A DNA stretch of 64,000 bases, taken from contig JAHFMX010000005.1 of the NCBI GenBank assembly GCA_023267635.1, forward strand, positions 1,989-65,988, in the 5' to 3' direction. Positions 17,817 to 27,356 of the stretch are shown piece by piece. This DNA comes from a bacterium. GTDB taxonomy: Bacteria > Patescibacteriota > Minisyncoccia > Phycocordibacterales > UBA5272. Numbering within the stretch: the first letter of the stretch is position 1; each line of letters opens with the position of its first letter. The notes beneath the pieces are model-generated. The model saw only the letters and a program-made list of their open reading frames with translations, ran no database searches and was not told where the DNA came from. The position numbers and the translations under genes were made by a program.

Positions 17817-18809
17817 ATGTCTACCCCTACTCCAAAAATTGCAAAAGTTGAAAGTGAAGAGACACGACATTTGGACAGCACTCTTCGTCCAGATACTTTT
17901 TCTGATTATATTGGACAAGAAACCATTAAAAAGAATCTTCATATTCTTCTTACCGCAGCAAAAGAACGCGGCGCCCCACCTGAACATATTCTTTTATACG
18001 GTCCCCCAGGACTTGGAAAGACGACACTTGCCCATCTCATCGCAAAAGAGTTGAATGCTAACTTAAAATTATCGAGCGGTCCTGCGATTATGAAAGTTGG
18101 AGACCTCGCTGCGATACTAACGAACCTCACTCCGGGGGACGTTCTCTTCATTGATGAAATTCATCGTTTAAATAAAATGATTGAAGAGGTTCTTTACCCT
18201 GCAATGGAATCAGGGCAGCTTGATATCGTGATCGGTAAAGGTCCTTCAGCCAGAACAATACAACTCGACCTTCCTCCATTTACACTTATCGGAGCAACGA
18301 CTCGTATTTCTCTTCTCTCGTCCCCTCTTCGTTCACGATTCTCAGGAGGAGTACACAGACTTCAATATTATACAGAAGACGAGATTGCAACGATTGTAAA
18401 AAATAGTGGGAAAATTTTAGGGGCGGACGTTCCACATGACGCAGCGTTTGAAATTGCAAAGCGTTCTCGCTTCACACCGCGTATTGCAAACTACTACCTC
18501 AAACGTGCTCGAGATTACGCTCAAGTCCATAAAGCAAACATTGATCGTGACATTGTAGACGTTTCTCTTTCGCTTCTTGAGATTGACCAATTCGGTCTTG
18601 GTATTGCTGAACGTATGGTGCTTGATTCTCTTATTAACACATTCAATGGTGGGCCTGTTGGATTAAACACACTCGCCGCAGCAACAGGAGAAGAGATGGC
18701 AACTATTGAAGACGTAACTGAGCCGTACCTTCTCCAGATTGGGATGATCGAACGAACGCCACGCGGGAGAAAAGCGACAGACAAAGCGCTTCTTCATTTT
18801 AAGAAATAA
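17817..18809 (+). CDS. ruvB: Holliday junction branch-migration helicase RuvB
   Basis: LLYGPPGLGKTTLAHLIA Walker A, AAA+ sensor regions, typical RuvB length 330 aa. Confidence 0.9.
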   Translation: MSTPTPKIAKVESEETRHLDSTLRPDTFSDYIGQETIKKNLHILLTAAKERGAPPEHILLYGPPGLGKTTLAHLIAKELNANLKLSSGPAIMKVGDLAAILTNLTPGDVLFIDEIHRLNKMIEEVLYPAMESGQLDIVIGKGPSARTIQLDLPPFTLIGATTRISLLSSPLRSRFSGGVHRLQYYTEDEIATIVKNSGKILGADVPHDAAFEIAKRSRFTPRIANYYLKRARDYAQVHKANIDRDIVDVSLSLLEIDQFGLGIAERMVLDSLINTFNGGPVGLNTLAAATGEEMATIEDVTEPYLLQIGMIERTPRGRKATDKALLHFKK

Positions 18810-18810
18810 T

Positions 18811-19305
18811 ATGTCTACGAGAATTTTAGGGATTGATCCTGGGTTTGATCGACTTGGTGTGTGTGTTTTAGAAAAAGAAGGGGCTGCTGAAACACTTCTT
18901 TTTTCAACTTGTATCATAACTTCAAAAAAAGATTCTTTCGAAGCACGCCTTGCGTCCATCGCAACGGAGCTTACTGTCATACTTAAAAAGTATGCTCCGA
19001 CAGAGCTTGCGATTGAAAAACTTTTCTTAGCCAACAATCAGCGCACCGTGATGAATGTTTCTGAGGCGCGCGGAGTACTGCTCTATATATGTCACATCAA
19101 TGGACTCTCAGTTCATGAATACTCTCCACCACAAATAAAAGTTGCTGTTACGGGGTATGGAAAAGCAACCAAGAATGATATTGCGCTTATTGTTCCGAAG
19201 ATACTTAAAGAGCCTCTCGATGCGAAACTTTTGGATGACGAATTAGACGCTATTGCTATTGCTTTAACACATAGTGCACATAGAAAAATGAATAGTTGGA
19301 AATAG
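18811..19305 (+). CDS. ruvC: Holliday junction resolvase RuvC
   Basis: ILGIDPGFDRLGVCVLE N-terminal catalytic Asp motif; immediately follows ruvB. Confidence 0.8.
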   Translation: MSTRILGIDPGFDRLGVCVLEKEGAAETLLFSTCIITSKKDSFEARLASIATELTVILKKYAPTELAIEKLFLANNQRTVMNVSEARGVLLYICHINGLSVHEYSPPQIKVAVTGYGKATKNDIALIVPKILKEPLDAKLLDDELDAIAIALTHSAHRKMNSWK

Positions 19306-19365
19306 GGTTTAAGTCTTTATAGATTCAAACCTTTTTGCGGATTGGGGCTCAAGTTTTACTAACCC

Positions 19366-19593
19366 TTGCAACAGGGCCTGCGCTATGGTATCTTTTTCAA
19401 TACATTAAAGAATATTATGCTTATTGACGAAGAAGTAGAAAAACCAGTTGGTGAGGTAAACCCAGATGCACTTGAGGCAGTCTTTGAAGACGACTCAGCA
19501 ACAGACGAGGAAGTATTTATCTTTGGAACGACAGAAGAGGAGGAAAATGAGGTGGATATTGCTTTTGAACCAAATCCAGAAAACTATTGGTAA
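19366..19593 (+). CDS. Small highly acidic hypothetical protein
   Basis: 75-aa ORF rich in D/E (DEEVFIFGTTEEEENEVDIAFEP); likely ATG start at 19417; followed by terminator. Confidence 0.3.
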   Translation: MQQGLRYGIFFNTLKNIMLIDEEVEKPVGEVNPDALEAVFEDDSATDEEVFIFGTTEEEENEVDIAFEPNPENYW

Positions 19594-19639
19594 AACAGGA
19601 CTAGTGTGCAGTTAAAAGCATACAGGAAATAGCTAATAC

Positions 19640-19678
19640 AAAATACGGGCGACACCTTTGGTGTCGCCCGTATTTTTC
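19640..19678. terminator. Bidirectional rho-independent terminator
   Basis: atacgggcgacacc-tttg-gtgtcgcccgtat hairpin flanked by A- and T-runs between convergent genes. Confidence 0.75.
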
Positions 19679-19695
19679 TGGCTGTGCGCTCTTAC

Positions 19696-20892
19696 CTATT
19701 CGCTAATCACTATCTTTACAAATCTCTTCTTACCAATCTTAAGGGTTACATTATACGCTTTTACTTTTGCATCAGTTACAGCCGCTCCTGACACATCGGA
19801 GACTGCTCCATCTTCTATAAGTCTCCTCCAGTCGGTTTTAGATGTAACCATCCCCGCTTCTATGAGAACATCTACCAGCTCCTTATCAGATGTTGTTACT
19901 ATTTCTGGAATAGTGTCTGGCACCCCGCCTTTTGAAAAGGTTTCGATCCAAGAATTTTTTGCGAGCGCTGCCTGCTTCTCGTCGTGATACATCGTGACCA
20001 CTTCAGTTGCGAGTCTCATTTTTATATCTTTAGGATTTGCTCCATCTGCTAATTCTTTTTCAATTGCTGCAATGTCTGTAAGAGAGAGGTCTGTGCAGAG
20101 AGTGAAGTACTTAACCACCAATTCATCGCGCACAGACATTAATTTACCAAACATATCAAACGGCTCATCGACGATAGTAATAATATTACCCCAACTTGTG
20201 GACATTTTACGTCCGTCTGTTCCTTCAAGCATGACAGTAGTGAGGAGGTTTTGCTTTGGTTGTCCATAATATTCTTGAACAGTTCTTCCTGCTTTTAGAT
20301 TAAACAGTTGATCAAACCCGCCAAGTTCAAGATCCGCCTTTACTGCAACAGAATCATACCCTTGCATCATTGGGTACAAAAACTCACGAAGTGAAATCTC
20401 TACACCTGCGTCATATCTATCCTTAAAATTTCGTCTTGCAAGCATCTGCTGTACCGAAAAACACTCTGCGAGTTTTGTTACTTCTTCAAATGTAAGCTTT
20501 GATAGCCAGTCGTTATTGTAGACAAATTCTGTTTTTGAAAGATCGAGAATTTTTGAAATCTGACTTTTGTAGTCCTTAAGGTTTTCGTCAATCTTTGCAC
20601 GAGTGAGCATTGGCCGCTTTTCACTCTTATCTGATGCATCTCCTACCTGAGCGGTAAAGTCTCCAACAATAAAAACAACTTGATGTCCAAGCTTTTGAAA
20701 TTCGCGAAGTTTTCGTAATGGTATTGCGCGCCCAAGATGAATTTTTGGTCCCGTCGGATCAACGCCTAATTTAATTCTAAGAGTACGCCCAGAAAGAAGC
20801 TCTTTTTTTAGTTCTTCTCTTACAATAACGTCTTCGACGCCGCGGGAGAGTAGTTCATCAATTTTTACTTCATCAGTAATTACTTTGTCCAT
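19696..20892 (-). CDS. tyrS: Tyrosine--tRNA ligase
   Basis: HIGH-region GVDPTGPKIHLGRA, KMSTS (KMSKS variant), C-terminal S4-like RNA-binding domain. Confidence 0.85.
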   Translation of the reverse strand: MDKVITDEVKIDELLSRGVEDVIVREELKKELLSGRTLRIKLGVDPTGPKIHLGRAIPLRKLREFQKLGHQVVFIVGDFTAQVGDASDKSEKRPMLTRAKIDENLKDYKSQISKILDLSKTEFVYNNDWLSKLTFEEVTKLAECFSVQQMLARRNFKDRYDAGVEISLREFLYPMMQGYDSVAVKADLELGGFDQLFNLKAGRTVQEYYGQPKQNLLTTVMLEGTDGRKMSTSWGNIITIVDEPFDMFGKLMSVRDELVVKYFTLCTDLSLTDIAAIEKELADGANPKDIKMRLATEVVTMYHDEKQAALAKNSWIETFSKGGVPDTIPEIVTTSDKELVDVLIEAGMVTSKTDWRRLIEDGAVSDVSGAAVTDAKVKAYNVTLKIGKKRFVKIVISE

Positions 20893-20928
20893 CCCCTTAT
20901 ATTATCATAGGTATGCTACTATTATGAA

Positions 20929-23133
20929 ATGACCACAAACGTAGAAATGCGCAAGAAAAAAGCTCAAAAGAAACTCTTACGGGAAGCTTTTTTTATACTA
21001 ACGTCTCTTGGAGTTGTTGTAGTGGCTATTATGATTGGGTGGGTTGCAACACTTCAGTTGCCTGACTTTAATAACTTTGAAAACAGGTCTATCGCAAATT
21101 CAACAAAAATTTACGACCGCACTGGGAAAATAGTGCTCTACAACATTCACGACAACGTCAGACGAACTGAAGTTTCTATTGCTGATATCAGTCTCTATAT
21201 TCAGCAAGCTACGATCTCAATTGAAGATGCTCACTTCTATGAACACAATGGATTCCGTCCGACATCGTTTATCCGAGCTGCTATTGCAAACGTGCTGAGT
21301 GGAGGATATTCACAAGGTGGGTCAACAATTAATCAGCAAGTTGTTAAAAACGCCCTCCTTACTCGAGAAAAAACCATCTCTCGAAAATTGAAGGAAATTG
21401 TGTTGTCTCTTAAGCTTGACCGCGAAGTACCGAAAGACACCATTCTTCAGATTTACTTAAATGAAAGTCCATATGGTGGAACACTCTACGGTGTTGAGGA
21501 AGCCTCTCTCTCTTTCTTTAATAAACATGCAAAAGAAATAACCCTTACGGAGGCAGCTTACCTTGCTGCTCTTCCACAGTCTCCAACGTATTATTCTCCG
21601 TACGGCAAACACAGGGACGCTCTAGAGAAGCGTAAAAATCTTGTGCTTGAAAGAATGTATGAGCTTGGATATATTACTGAAGCTCAAAAAAATGATTCTC
21701 AAGCTGAGTCTGTGGTATTTGAACGCGATGTTTCTAATAGTGGTAAAGCGCTTCACTTTGTCATGTATATCCGTGAGTACTTGGAGCAACAGTACGGTGA
21801 TGACGCAATACAAAACGGTGGGCTTAAGGTTGTCACCACTATTGATTACGAACTACAAAAAAGTCTTGAGGAAATTGTAAAAGTGGGAGCGTTAGAAAAT
21901 GCTAAGAAATATAAAGCAACAAATGCTGCCGCTGTTGCTATCGACCCACGCAACGGACAAATATTAGCTATGGTTGGTTCTCGAGATTTTTTCGACACAG
22001 AAATACCAGGACAGTACAACATTGCTTTGGCGGAAAGGCAGCCAGGTTCATCATTTAAACCTATTGTCTACGCTGCAGCTTTTGAGAGAGGATATACTCC
22101 TGAAACAGTTCTCTTTGATGTTCCAACGCAATTTAGTACCGCTTGTGACGCCTATGGTAATCCACGAGGAAATGCGGATGCCTCTTCGTGTTACATGCCT
22201 GGGAATTATGATGAGTTATTCCGTGGACCTGTGTCACTTCGCGACGCACTTGCTCAATCACTCAACGTTCCTGCTGTTAAACTTCTCTACCTTACTGGAT
22301 TAAATAACGCAGTACGACTAGCACAACTCATGGGACTCTCTACGATTCAAGACCCTGCTCGATACGGACTTTCTCTTGTGCTTGGAGGTGGTGAAGTTAC
22401 TCTTCTTGAACTTACCAATGCATACGGCGTATTTGCCAACAATGGTATTTACAACCCACCACAAGGAATACTCGAAGTACGCGACGGAGATGATACTGTG
22501 CTTGAAAAGTTTACAAAGAAAGAAAAGGAGGTTCTTTCTGAGTCTGTCTCGTCCCTTGTATCAAGTGTTCTCTCAGATAACAGCGCAAAGATTCCAGCCT
22601 ATGGTGCAAACTCACCACTGTTTTTCGGAGATAGGCCTGTTGCTTCTAAAACTGGTACAACAAACGATTACCGAGATGTCTGGGTTATTGGATATACCCC
22701 ATCAGTTGTAGTTGGTATGTGGGGAGGAAATAATAATAACAGTCCGATTGATAAGAAGGTGGCAGGGTTCGTACTTGCTCCTATTTGGCATAAAGCTATG
22801 GTGGCAGCTATAGGAACCTCTACTGTTGAGTATTTTACTAACCCCCTTCCAAACACCACTTCAAAACCGATTTTACACGGGGACTACTGTTCTGGTGGAC
22901 TTCGTACAATACTAGCTTCTGTTATTAAAGATAATCCAGACGGACCATACCCAACAAACCCTACTGGGGACTCACAATATTCCAACTGGGACGTTGCTGT
23001 ACAAAACTGGGCTTCTAGAAATACCGTACACTGTTCTACTCCTGTGGAGCCTACTACTGGAACTACAACACAATCAACATCAACTGATCCAAATGGTGGC
23101 GTAGAAATACCTATCACTAACGTTGGTCTTTAG
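20929..23133 (+). CDS. Bifunctional penicillin-binding protein 1A (GT51 glycosyltransferase + transpeptidase)
   Basis: GT51 motifs EDAHFYEHNGF, GGSTINQQVVKN, RKLKE; transpeptidase SSFKP (SxxK), SLN (SxN), KTGTT. Confidence 0.9.
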   Translation: MTTNVEMRKKKAQKKLLREAFFILTSLGVVVVAIMIGWVATLQLPDFNNFENRSIANSTKIYDRTGKIVLYNIHDNVRRTEVSIADISLYIQQATISIEDAHFYEHNGFRPTSFIRAAIANVLSGGYSQGGSTINQQVVKNALLTREKTISRKLKEIVLSLKLDREVPKDTILQIYLNESPYGGTLYGVEEASLSFFNKHAKEITLTEAAYLAALPQSPTYYSPYGKHRDALEKRKNLVLERMYELGYITEAQKNDSQAESVVFERDVSNSGKALHFVMYIREYLEQQYGDDAIQNGGLKVVTTIDYELQKSLEEIVKVGALENAKKYKATNAAAVAIDPRNGQILAMVGSRDFFDTEIPGQYNIALAERQPGSSFKPIVYAAAFERGYTPETVLFDVPTQFSTACDAYGNPRGNADASSCYMPGNYDELFRGPVSLRDALAQSLNVPAVKLLYLTGLNNAVRLAQLMGLSTIQDPARYGLSLVLGGGEVTLLELTNAYGVFANNGIYNPPQGILEVRDGDDTVLEKFTKKEKEVLSESVSSLVSSVLSDNSAKIPAYGANSPLFFGDRPVASKTGTTNDYRDVWVIGYTPSVVVGMWGGNNNNSPIDKKVAGFVLAPIWHKAMVAAIGTSTVEYFTNPLPNTTSKPILHGDYCSGGLRTILASVIKDNPDGPYPTNPTGDSQYSNWDVAVQNWASRNTVHCSTPVEPTTGTTTQSTSTDPNGGVEIPITNVGL

Positions 23134-23363
23134 TTTTGGAGGATATACCCCAACGATTCCAATACTTCCTTCCCTCCTTTTTGAAGTACTGCTGTTTTTT
23201 TAACAGACGATGTTGAGATGATTATTTTCTTTTTTGAGATTTGTATTTCTGATTCATCAAGAAGCACTCCCGTTGTATTCATAATTGAAGTAATAATTTC
23301 TTGTTTACTATTTTCTCGTTCTTTAATGTTTCGTATATGTCTTGCGAATAACCCTTGTTCCAT
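23130..23363 (-). CDS. Small hypothetical protein downstream of dnaN
   Basis: 77-aa ORF, position equivalent to yaaA/recF slot but no clear motif. Confidence 0.3.
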   Translation of the reverse strand: MEQGLFARHIRNIKERENSKQEIITSIMNTTGVLLDESEIQISKKKIIISTSSVKKTAVLQKGGKEVLESLGYILQN

Positions 23364-23366
23364 ATA

Positions 23367-24458
23367 TTAGCGATTAAGCGGCATAAGAAGATAGGTAAAA
23401 CTAATATCCTTATTTCCTCGTATAAACATTGGGCGATTTGCTGTACTAAACATACAGATAATAGTTCCACCTTCTATATGGGACAAAACATCTAAGAAAT
23501 ATCTGTTATTATATTTTACTTCAATATCGTCCCCTACTTTTTCTCCTGAGATTGTATGAGTTACTTGTCCTACTGCTTCATTTTTACTGTGAAATGTTAC
23601 CTTTCCTTCTGTAAAGACACATTCAACTTGAGAGTATTGTTCATTGAAGAATGTTGTGAGTGTTAATGTCTTTTGAAGCTCTTCTTTTGCTAAGGTGACG
23701 GTTGTAGTGAATTCTTTAGGGAACAGCTGTCTATAGTCAGGAAATTGACCAGTAACAGTATGTATAGCTAGAGTTAGGTTTGATGTACTGAAAGATAAAA
23801 TACTTTCATGTTGAGAAAGCGTAAACACTTCATCTTCTTCATTAAGGATTTGCAATATATCTGTTATATGTTTTTGCGGAATAAGAATCGAACATTCAAG
23901 ATCAGTTGTATTTGGTATTGATTTTTCAGCTAATCGATATGAATCTGTAGCTACAGTATAAATAAGATCATCTTTTGTATACAAATACACAGAAGCAATC
24001 TCTGGTTTAATGTCGGTAGTGGCTGCACAAAAAGAAACTTCTTTTAGGAGTGTATTTATATTTTCTTTTGAGAGAGTCCCTATTGAAGAACCTTGACTTG
24101 GAAGTGTTGGAAAGTCTTCATACGGTGTTGTTTTAATTTCAACAACACCTTTATCTGTTGTTATTGAAAAAACTCCTTCCTGAACCTCACAAATAAGAAC
24201 AGTATCTAGAGATTGAAATGTAGAAAGAATTCTTAAAAAAGCTTCTCCTTGTAAAATACAGGTTCCATTTACGAGACCTTTTACAGGAATACTTTTTTCA
24301 CAAAATAATTCAAGATTTGTTGCTCGTAATGTTAAAAGATGAGTATCTAACTCAAGATGAATATCCTGAAGATAGTTTTGTGACTGCTGTTTACTACGAG
24401 CACGTGACACTTGTTGAACAGCTTTTATAAATACCTCTCCTCTGCATTCGAATTTCAT
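23367..24458 (-). CDS. dnaN: DNA polymerase III beta sliding clamp
   Basis: MKFECRGEVFIKAVQQVSRA N-terminus typical of DnaN, about 363 aa three-domain length, position between dnaA/oriC and downstream genes. Confidence 0.8.
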   Translation of the reverse strand: MKFECRGEVFIKAVQQVSRARSKQQSQNYLQDIHLELDTHLLTLRATNLELFCEKSIPVKGLVNGTCILQGEAFLRILSTFQSLDTVLICEVQEGVFSITTDKGVVEIKTTPYEDFPTLPSQGSSIGTLSKENINTLLKEVSFCAATTDIKPEIASVYLYTKDDLIYTVATDSYRLAEKSIPNTTDLECSILIPQKHITDILQILNEEDEVFTLSQHESILSFSTSNLTLAIHTVTGQFPDYRQLFPKEFTTTVTLAKEELQKTLTLTTFFNEQYSQVECVFTEGKVTFHSKNEAVGQVTHTISGEKVGDDIEVKYNNRYFLDVLSHIEGGTIICMFSTANRPMFIRGNKDISFTYLLMPLNR

Positions 24459-24694
24459 AGTATCTAGTATATATAATATATGATACTAAGTATAGGTCTG
24501 TGGACGATGTGGGAATGTTAAAAAAGCCTTATAGTATAAATATTTTTTAGGAATTTACGATAGCCAGACAGGTATATATGAGTAAAGTATTTGTGGGTAG
24601 TTACTTGGTGTATGGAGATATCTGTTGATAAGGGGATGAGTTATTAGGAAGATATTAGTATGTTATCCACAAGAATATCCACATATCTGTAAAA
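24459..24694. promoter_or_regulatory. oriC: Putative chromosomal replication origin (oriC): DnaA-box cluster plus AT-rich unwinding element
   Basis: Perfect DnaA box ttatccaca (24663-24671), near-boxes atatccaca (24675), tgttgataa (24623, rc TTATCAACA), tgtggacga/tgtgggaat (24499-24516), tgtgggtag (24592); AT-rich tagtatatataatatatgatac at 24466-24490; located between dnaA and dnaN. Confidence 0.6.
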
Positions 24695-24714
24695 AGAGCC
24701 CTTAAAGGCTCTTT

Positions 24715-26052
24715 TTACACTAACATTGCGCGGATATCTTCAATCTCTCTAGATAATTGTGGATTTTCTTTTAAAACTCCCTTAATCTTTTCGTATGAGT
24801 GGATTACCGTTGTATGATCTCTTCCCCCTAACCTGTCTCCAATCATTGGATATGAGATATCAAAATCCTCTCGTAAAATATACATAACAATCTGACGAGG
24901 TTTTACTACATCCTTTCTTCTTGTTTTGTTATAAATATATACATCAGGGATATGATAATAGTCGGCGATAAGTTTTACAATTTCTGGTATTGAGATGCTT
25001 TTCTTTACTCGAACATTATTTTTTAGGAGATTTTTTACATCAGCTAGTGTAATCGCCTGTTGTTTAACTTGGATATAGCCAAGTATTGAGGTCATAACAC
25101 CTTCCAATTCTCGAATATTACCCTGAACTGTTTCAGCAACGTACTGTAAAACCTCTTGTGGAATCTTTTCAGAATAATCTTTTGTTTTAGCCATTAAAAT
25201 AGCAAGCCTTGATTCAAGTGAAGGAATGTTTACGTCCACTATCATTCCGTGATTAAAGCGTGACCTGAGACGGTCTTCTAGTCCCACAATAAGATTTGGG
25301 TGTTTATCAGAAGAAAAGATAATTTGTTTATTCATTTCATAGAGAGAATTGAAGAGGTGAAATAATTCATCTTGCGTTCTTTCTTTTCCATTAATGAATT
25401 GAATATCATCCATAATAAAGACATCATATTTTCTGTACTTCTCTTTAAAAGAGTTGATTTTATTCATGTTCGTCGCATTCACATAGTCCATATAGAACTT
25501 TTCAAGAGATGTATAAAACACTTTCCTCTCAGGGTGTTTCTTTTTAACGGTGTTCCCTATTGCTTGCATGAGGTGCGTCTTTCCAAGCCCAGTGTTTCCG
25601 TAGACAAAGAAAGGATTGTAGACGATTCCTAGTCCATTAATAACTGCTTGCGAGCAAGCATAAGCAACCTCATTAAAAGAACCAACAATAAAAGTGTCGA
25701 AGGTGTATCGAGGATTAAGTCCGTCATCCTTATTAATATATAAATCTTGAAGAGGAAGAGGTTGCCCAGTGATCGCTATGTGCTGCGCCTTCTTTTGAAG
25801 GTTTTCTGGTTTTACAACCGTAAAGACAATAGAGCGAACACTTTCATGAATGGTGCGCAAGATACGAAGGATGAATTTGTGGTATTTCTGATTGAGCCAG
25901 TCCTTAACGAATTCATTAGGAACACCAATAGTTACCTCACCATCTTTGTAGTCAATAATACGCGTGTTCTTAAACCACGTATTGAAGTTAACTCGAGAAA
26001 GTTCAATCTCAATCTGAGATAATGCACTGTTCCAGAGTTGTTGGTAATCCAT
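24715..26052 (-). CDS. dnaA: Chromosomal replication initiator protein DnaA
   Basis: AAA+ Walker A GNTGLGKTHLMQAIGN, sensor/box VII, C-terminal DNA-binding domain with GGRDHTTVIHS signature. Confidence 0.9.
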   Translation of the reverse strand: MDYQQLWNSALSQIEIELSRVNFNTWFKNTRIIDYKDGEVTIGVPNEFVKDWLNQKYHKFILRILRTIHESVRSIVFTVVKPENLQKKAQHIAITGQPLPLQDLYINKDDGLNPRYTFDTFIVGSFNEVAYACSQAVINGLGIVYNPFFVYGNTGLGKTHLMQAIGNTVKKKHPERKVFYTSLEKFYMDYVNATNMNKINSFKEKYRKYDVFIMDDIQFINGKERTQDELFHLFNSLYEMNKQIIFSSDKHPNLIVGLEDRLRSRFNHGMIVDVNIPSLESRLAILMAKTKDYSEKIPQEVLQYVAETVQGNIRELEGVMTSILGYIQVKQQAITLADVKNLLKNNVRVKKSISIPEIVKLIADYYHIPDVYIYNKTRRKDVVKPRQIVMYILREDFDISYPMIGDRLGGRDHTTVIHSYEKIKGVLKENPQLSREIEDIRAMLV

Positions 26053-26118
26053 AGTAGAGTAGTATACACTCAGAAAATTTTGCTACAACTTGACGAGGTA
26101 GAGATAAGTATACGCTTA

Positions 26119-26147
26119 TTGATTTATCTCCCTTATTCGTGTAGAAT
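26119..26147 (+). promoter_or_regulatory. Putative sigma-70 promoter of rpmH (-35 TTGATT, 17-bp spacer, extended -10 TGTAGAAT), implying a leaderless or near-leaderless transcript
   Basis: -10 hexamer ends 6 nt before the rpmH ATG at 26154. Confidence 0.35.
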
Positions 26148-26153
26148 AGCGCC

Positions 26154-26288
26154 ATGTCTATTACATATAACCCAAAAAGGAAGAAGCGAGGAACAACCCA
26201 CGGTTTTCTCGTTCGTATGGCGTCAAAAGGTGGACGTAGAGTAATTTCTCGTCGCCGATCAAATGGACGAAAGAAGCTTTCTGTCTAA
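26154..26288 (+). CDS. rpmH: 50S ribosomal protein L34
   Basis: Translation [44 protein letters not shown] (44 aa) is a canonical L34; not in the ORF track because <60 aa; classic rpmH-rnpA-yidC order. Confidence 0.9.
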   Translation: MSITYNPKRKKRGTTHGFLVRMASKGGRRVISRRRSNGRKKLSV

Positions 26289-26296
26289 TTATTTTT

Positions 26297-26620
26297 ATGC
26301 TTCCAAAGACGAAGCGGGTAACGGCAACTGATTTCAAGGGTACAAAAACGCGGCTCGTTTATCGAGGTGCGTTTTTTGATCTTAGTACCGCCCCAACGGC
26401 TTCACCTGAAAGTATCACTAAATTTGCTTGTGTTATAGCGAAAAAGCGCATTAAACGAGCCGTCGACAGAAACAGAGCTAAAAGAAAAATCTATACGCAA
26501 CTCGCAGGCATACAAACAAAGGTCCCTATGCTGGTTTTTATATATCCCACTAAACACATACTCCAAGCACCTTCTTTTGCGATCAAAGAGGAAATAACTA
26601 AAGCATTTGCTACACTGTAA
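26297..26620 (+). CDS. rnpA: Ribonuclease P protein component
   Basis: Basic 107-aa protein with KRAVDRNRAKRKIY (RNR motif), follows rpmH. Confidence 0.8.
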   Translation: MLPKTKRVTATDFKGTKTRLVYRGAFFDLSTAPTASPESITKFACVIAKKRIKRAVDRNRAKRKIYTQLAGIQTKVPMLVFIYPTKHILQAPSFAIKEEITKAFATL

Positions 26621-27353
26621 CAACAAAACTATGTTCCACACTATTTTCTACGAACCAATTTATAACTTACTTGTTCTTGTTCTTACCTACGCCCCTCTTC
26701 ATGACATAGGAACAGCGATCGTTATTGTTACGCTTATTGTTAAGGTGGTGCTTCTTCCCCTTAATCTATCTGCATTACGAAGTCAGTACATCATGAAGCG
26801 CCTAGAAGGAGAAATGGCAGCTCTTAAGGAAGAACACAAAGCATCACCACAAGAAGCTTCAAAGAAAATGATGGAAGTGTATAAACGTGAAAAGATAAAC
26901 CCATTTGCAAGTCTTTTTACTGTTCTTATACAGATTCCAATCTTCTTCGCTCTTTACTTCGTCTTCTCGAAAGGCCTTTTTGCTGACCCAAACTCACTCT
27001 ATTCTTTCGTTAGTTTCCCAGAGACACTTCACACAAAAGCATTCGGACTATTTGATGTGATGGATAAAAATATTGTAATTGCAGTATTGGCTGGGCTTTC
27101 TTCATATGTTCTTGCGCGACGTCAAACAGCTTCAATGGTTGCTCCTAAAAAAGAAGGAAAAGATGAATCGTTCCAAGATCAATTTATGAAATCTATGAGA
27201 ATACAACTTCTCTATGTTCTTCCTGTTATTATTGGTTTCTCTGCAGCCGTTCTTCCTTCGGCGCTCGGACTCTATTGGTTTGTAAGTAATGTTATTGGGT
27301 ACGCACAAGACGTATACATAAAAAACAAGTTGGCTCACCTCCACACCATTTAG
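26607..27353 (+). CDS. yidC: Membrane protein insertase YidC (short form)
   Basis: GTAIVIVTLIVKVVLLPL TM1, amphipathic helix, multiple TMs, position after rnpA. Confidence 0.8.
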   Translation: MLHCNNKTMFHTIFYEPIYNLLVLVLTYAPLHDIGTAIVIVTLIVKVVLLPLNLSALRSQYIMKRLEGEMAALKEEHKASPQEASKKMMEVYKREKINPFASLFTVLIQIPIFFALYFVFSKGLFADPNSLYSFVSFPETLHTKAFGLFDVMDKNIVIAVLAGLSSYVLARRQTASMVAPKKEGKDESFQDQFMKSMRIQLLYVLPVIIGFSAAVLPSALGLYWFVSNVIGYAQDVYIKNKLAHLHTI

Positions 27354-27356
27354 TTT

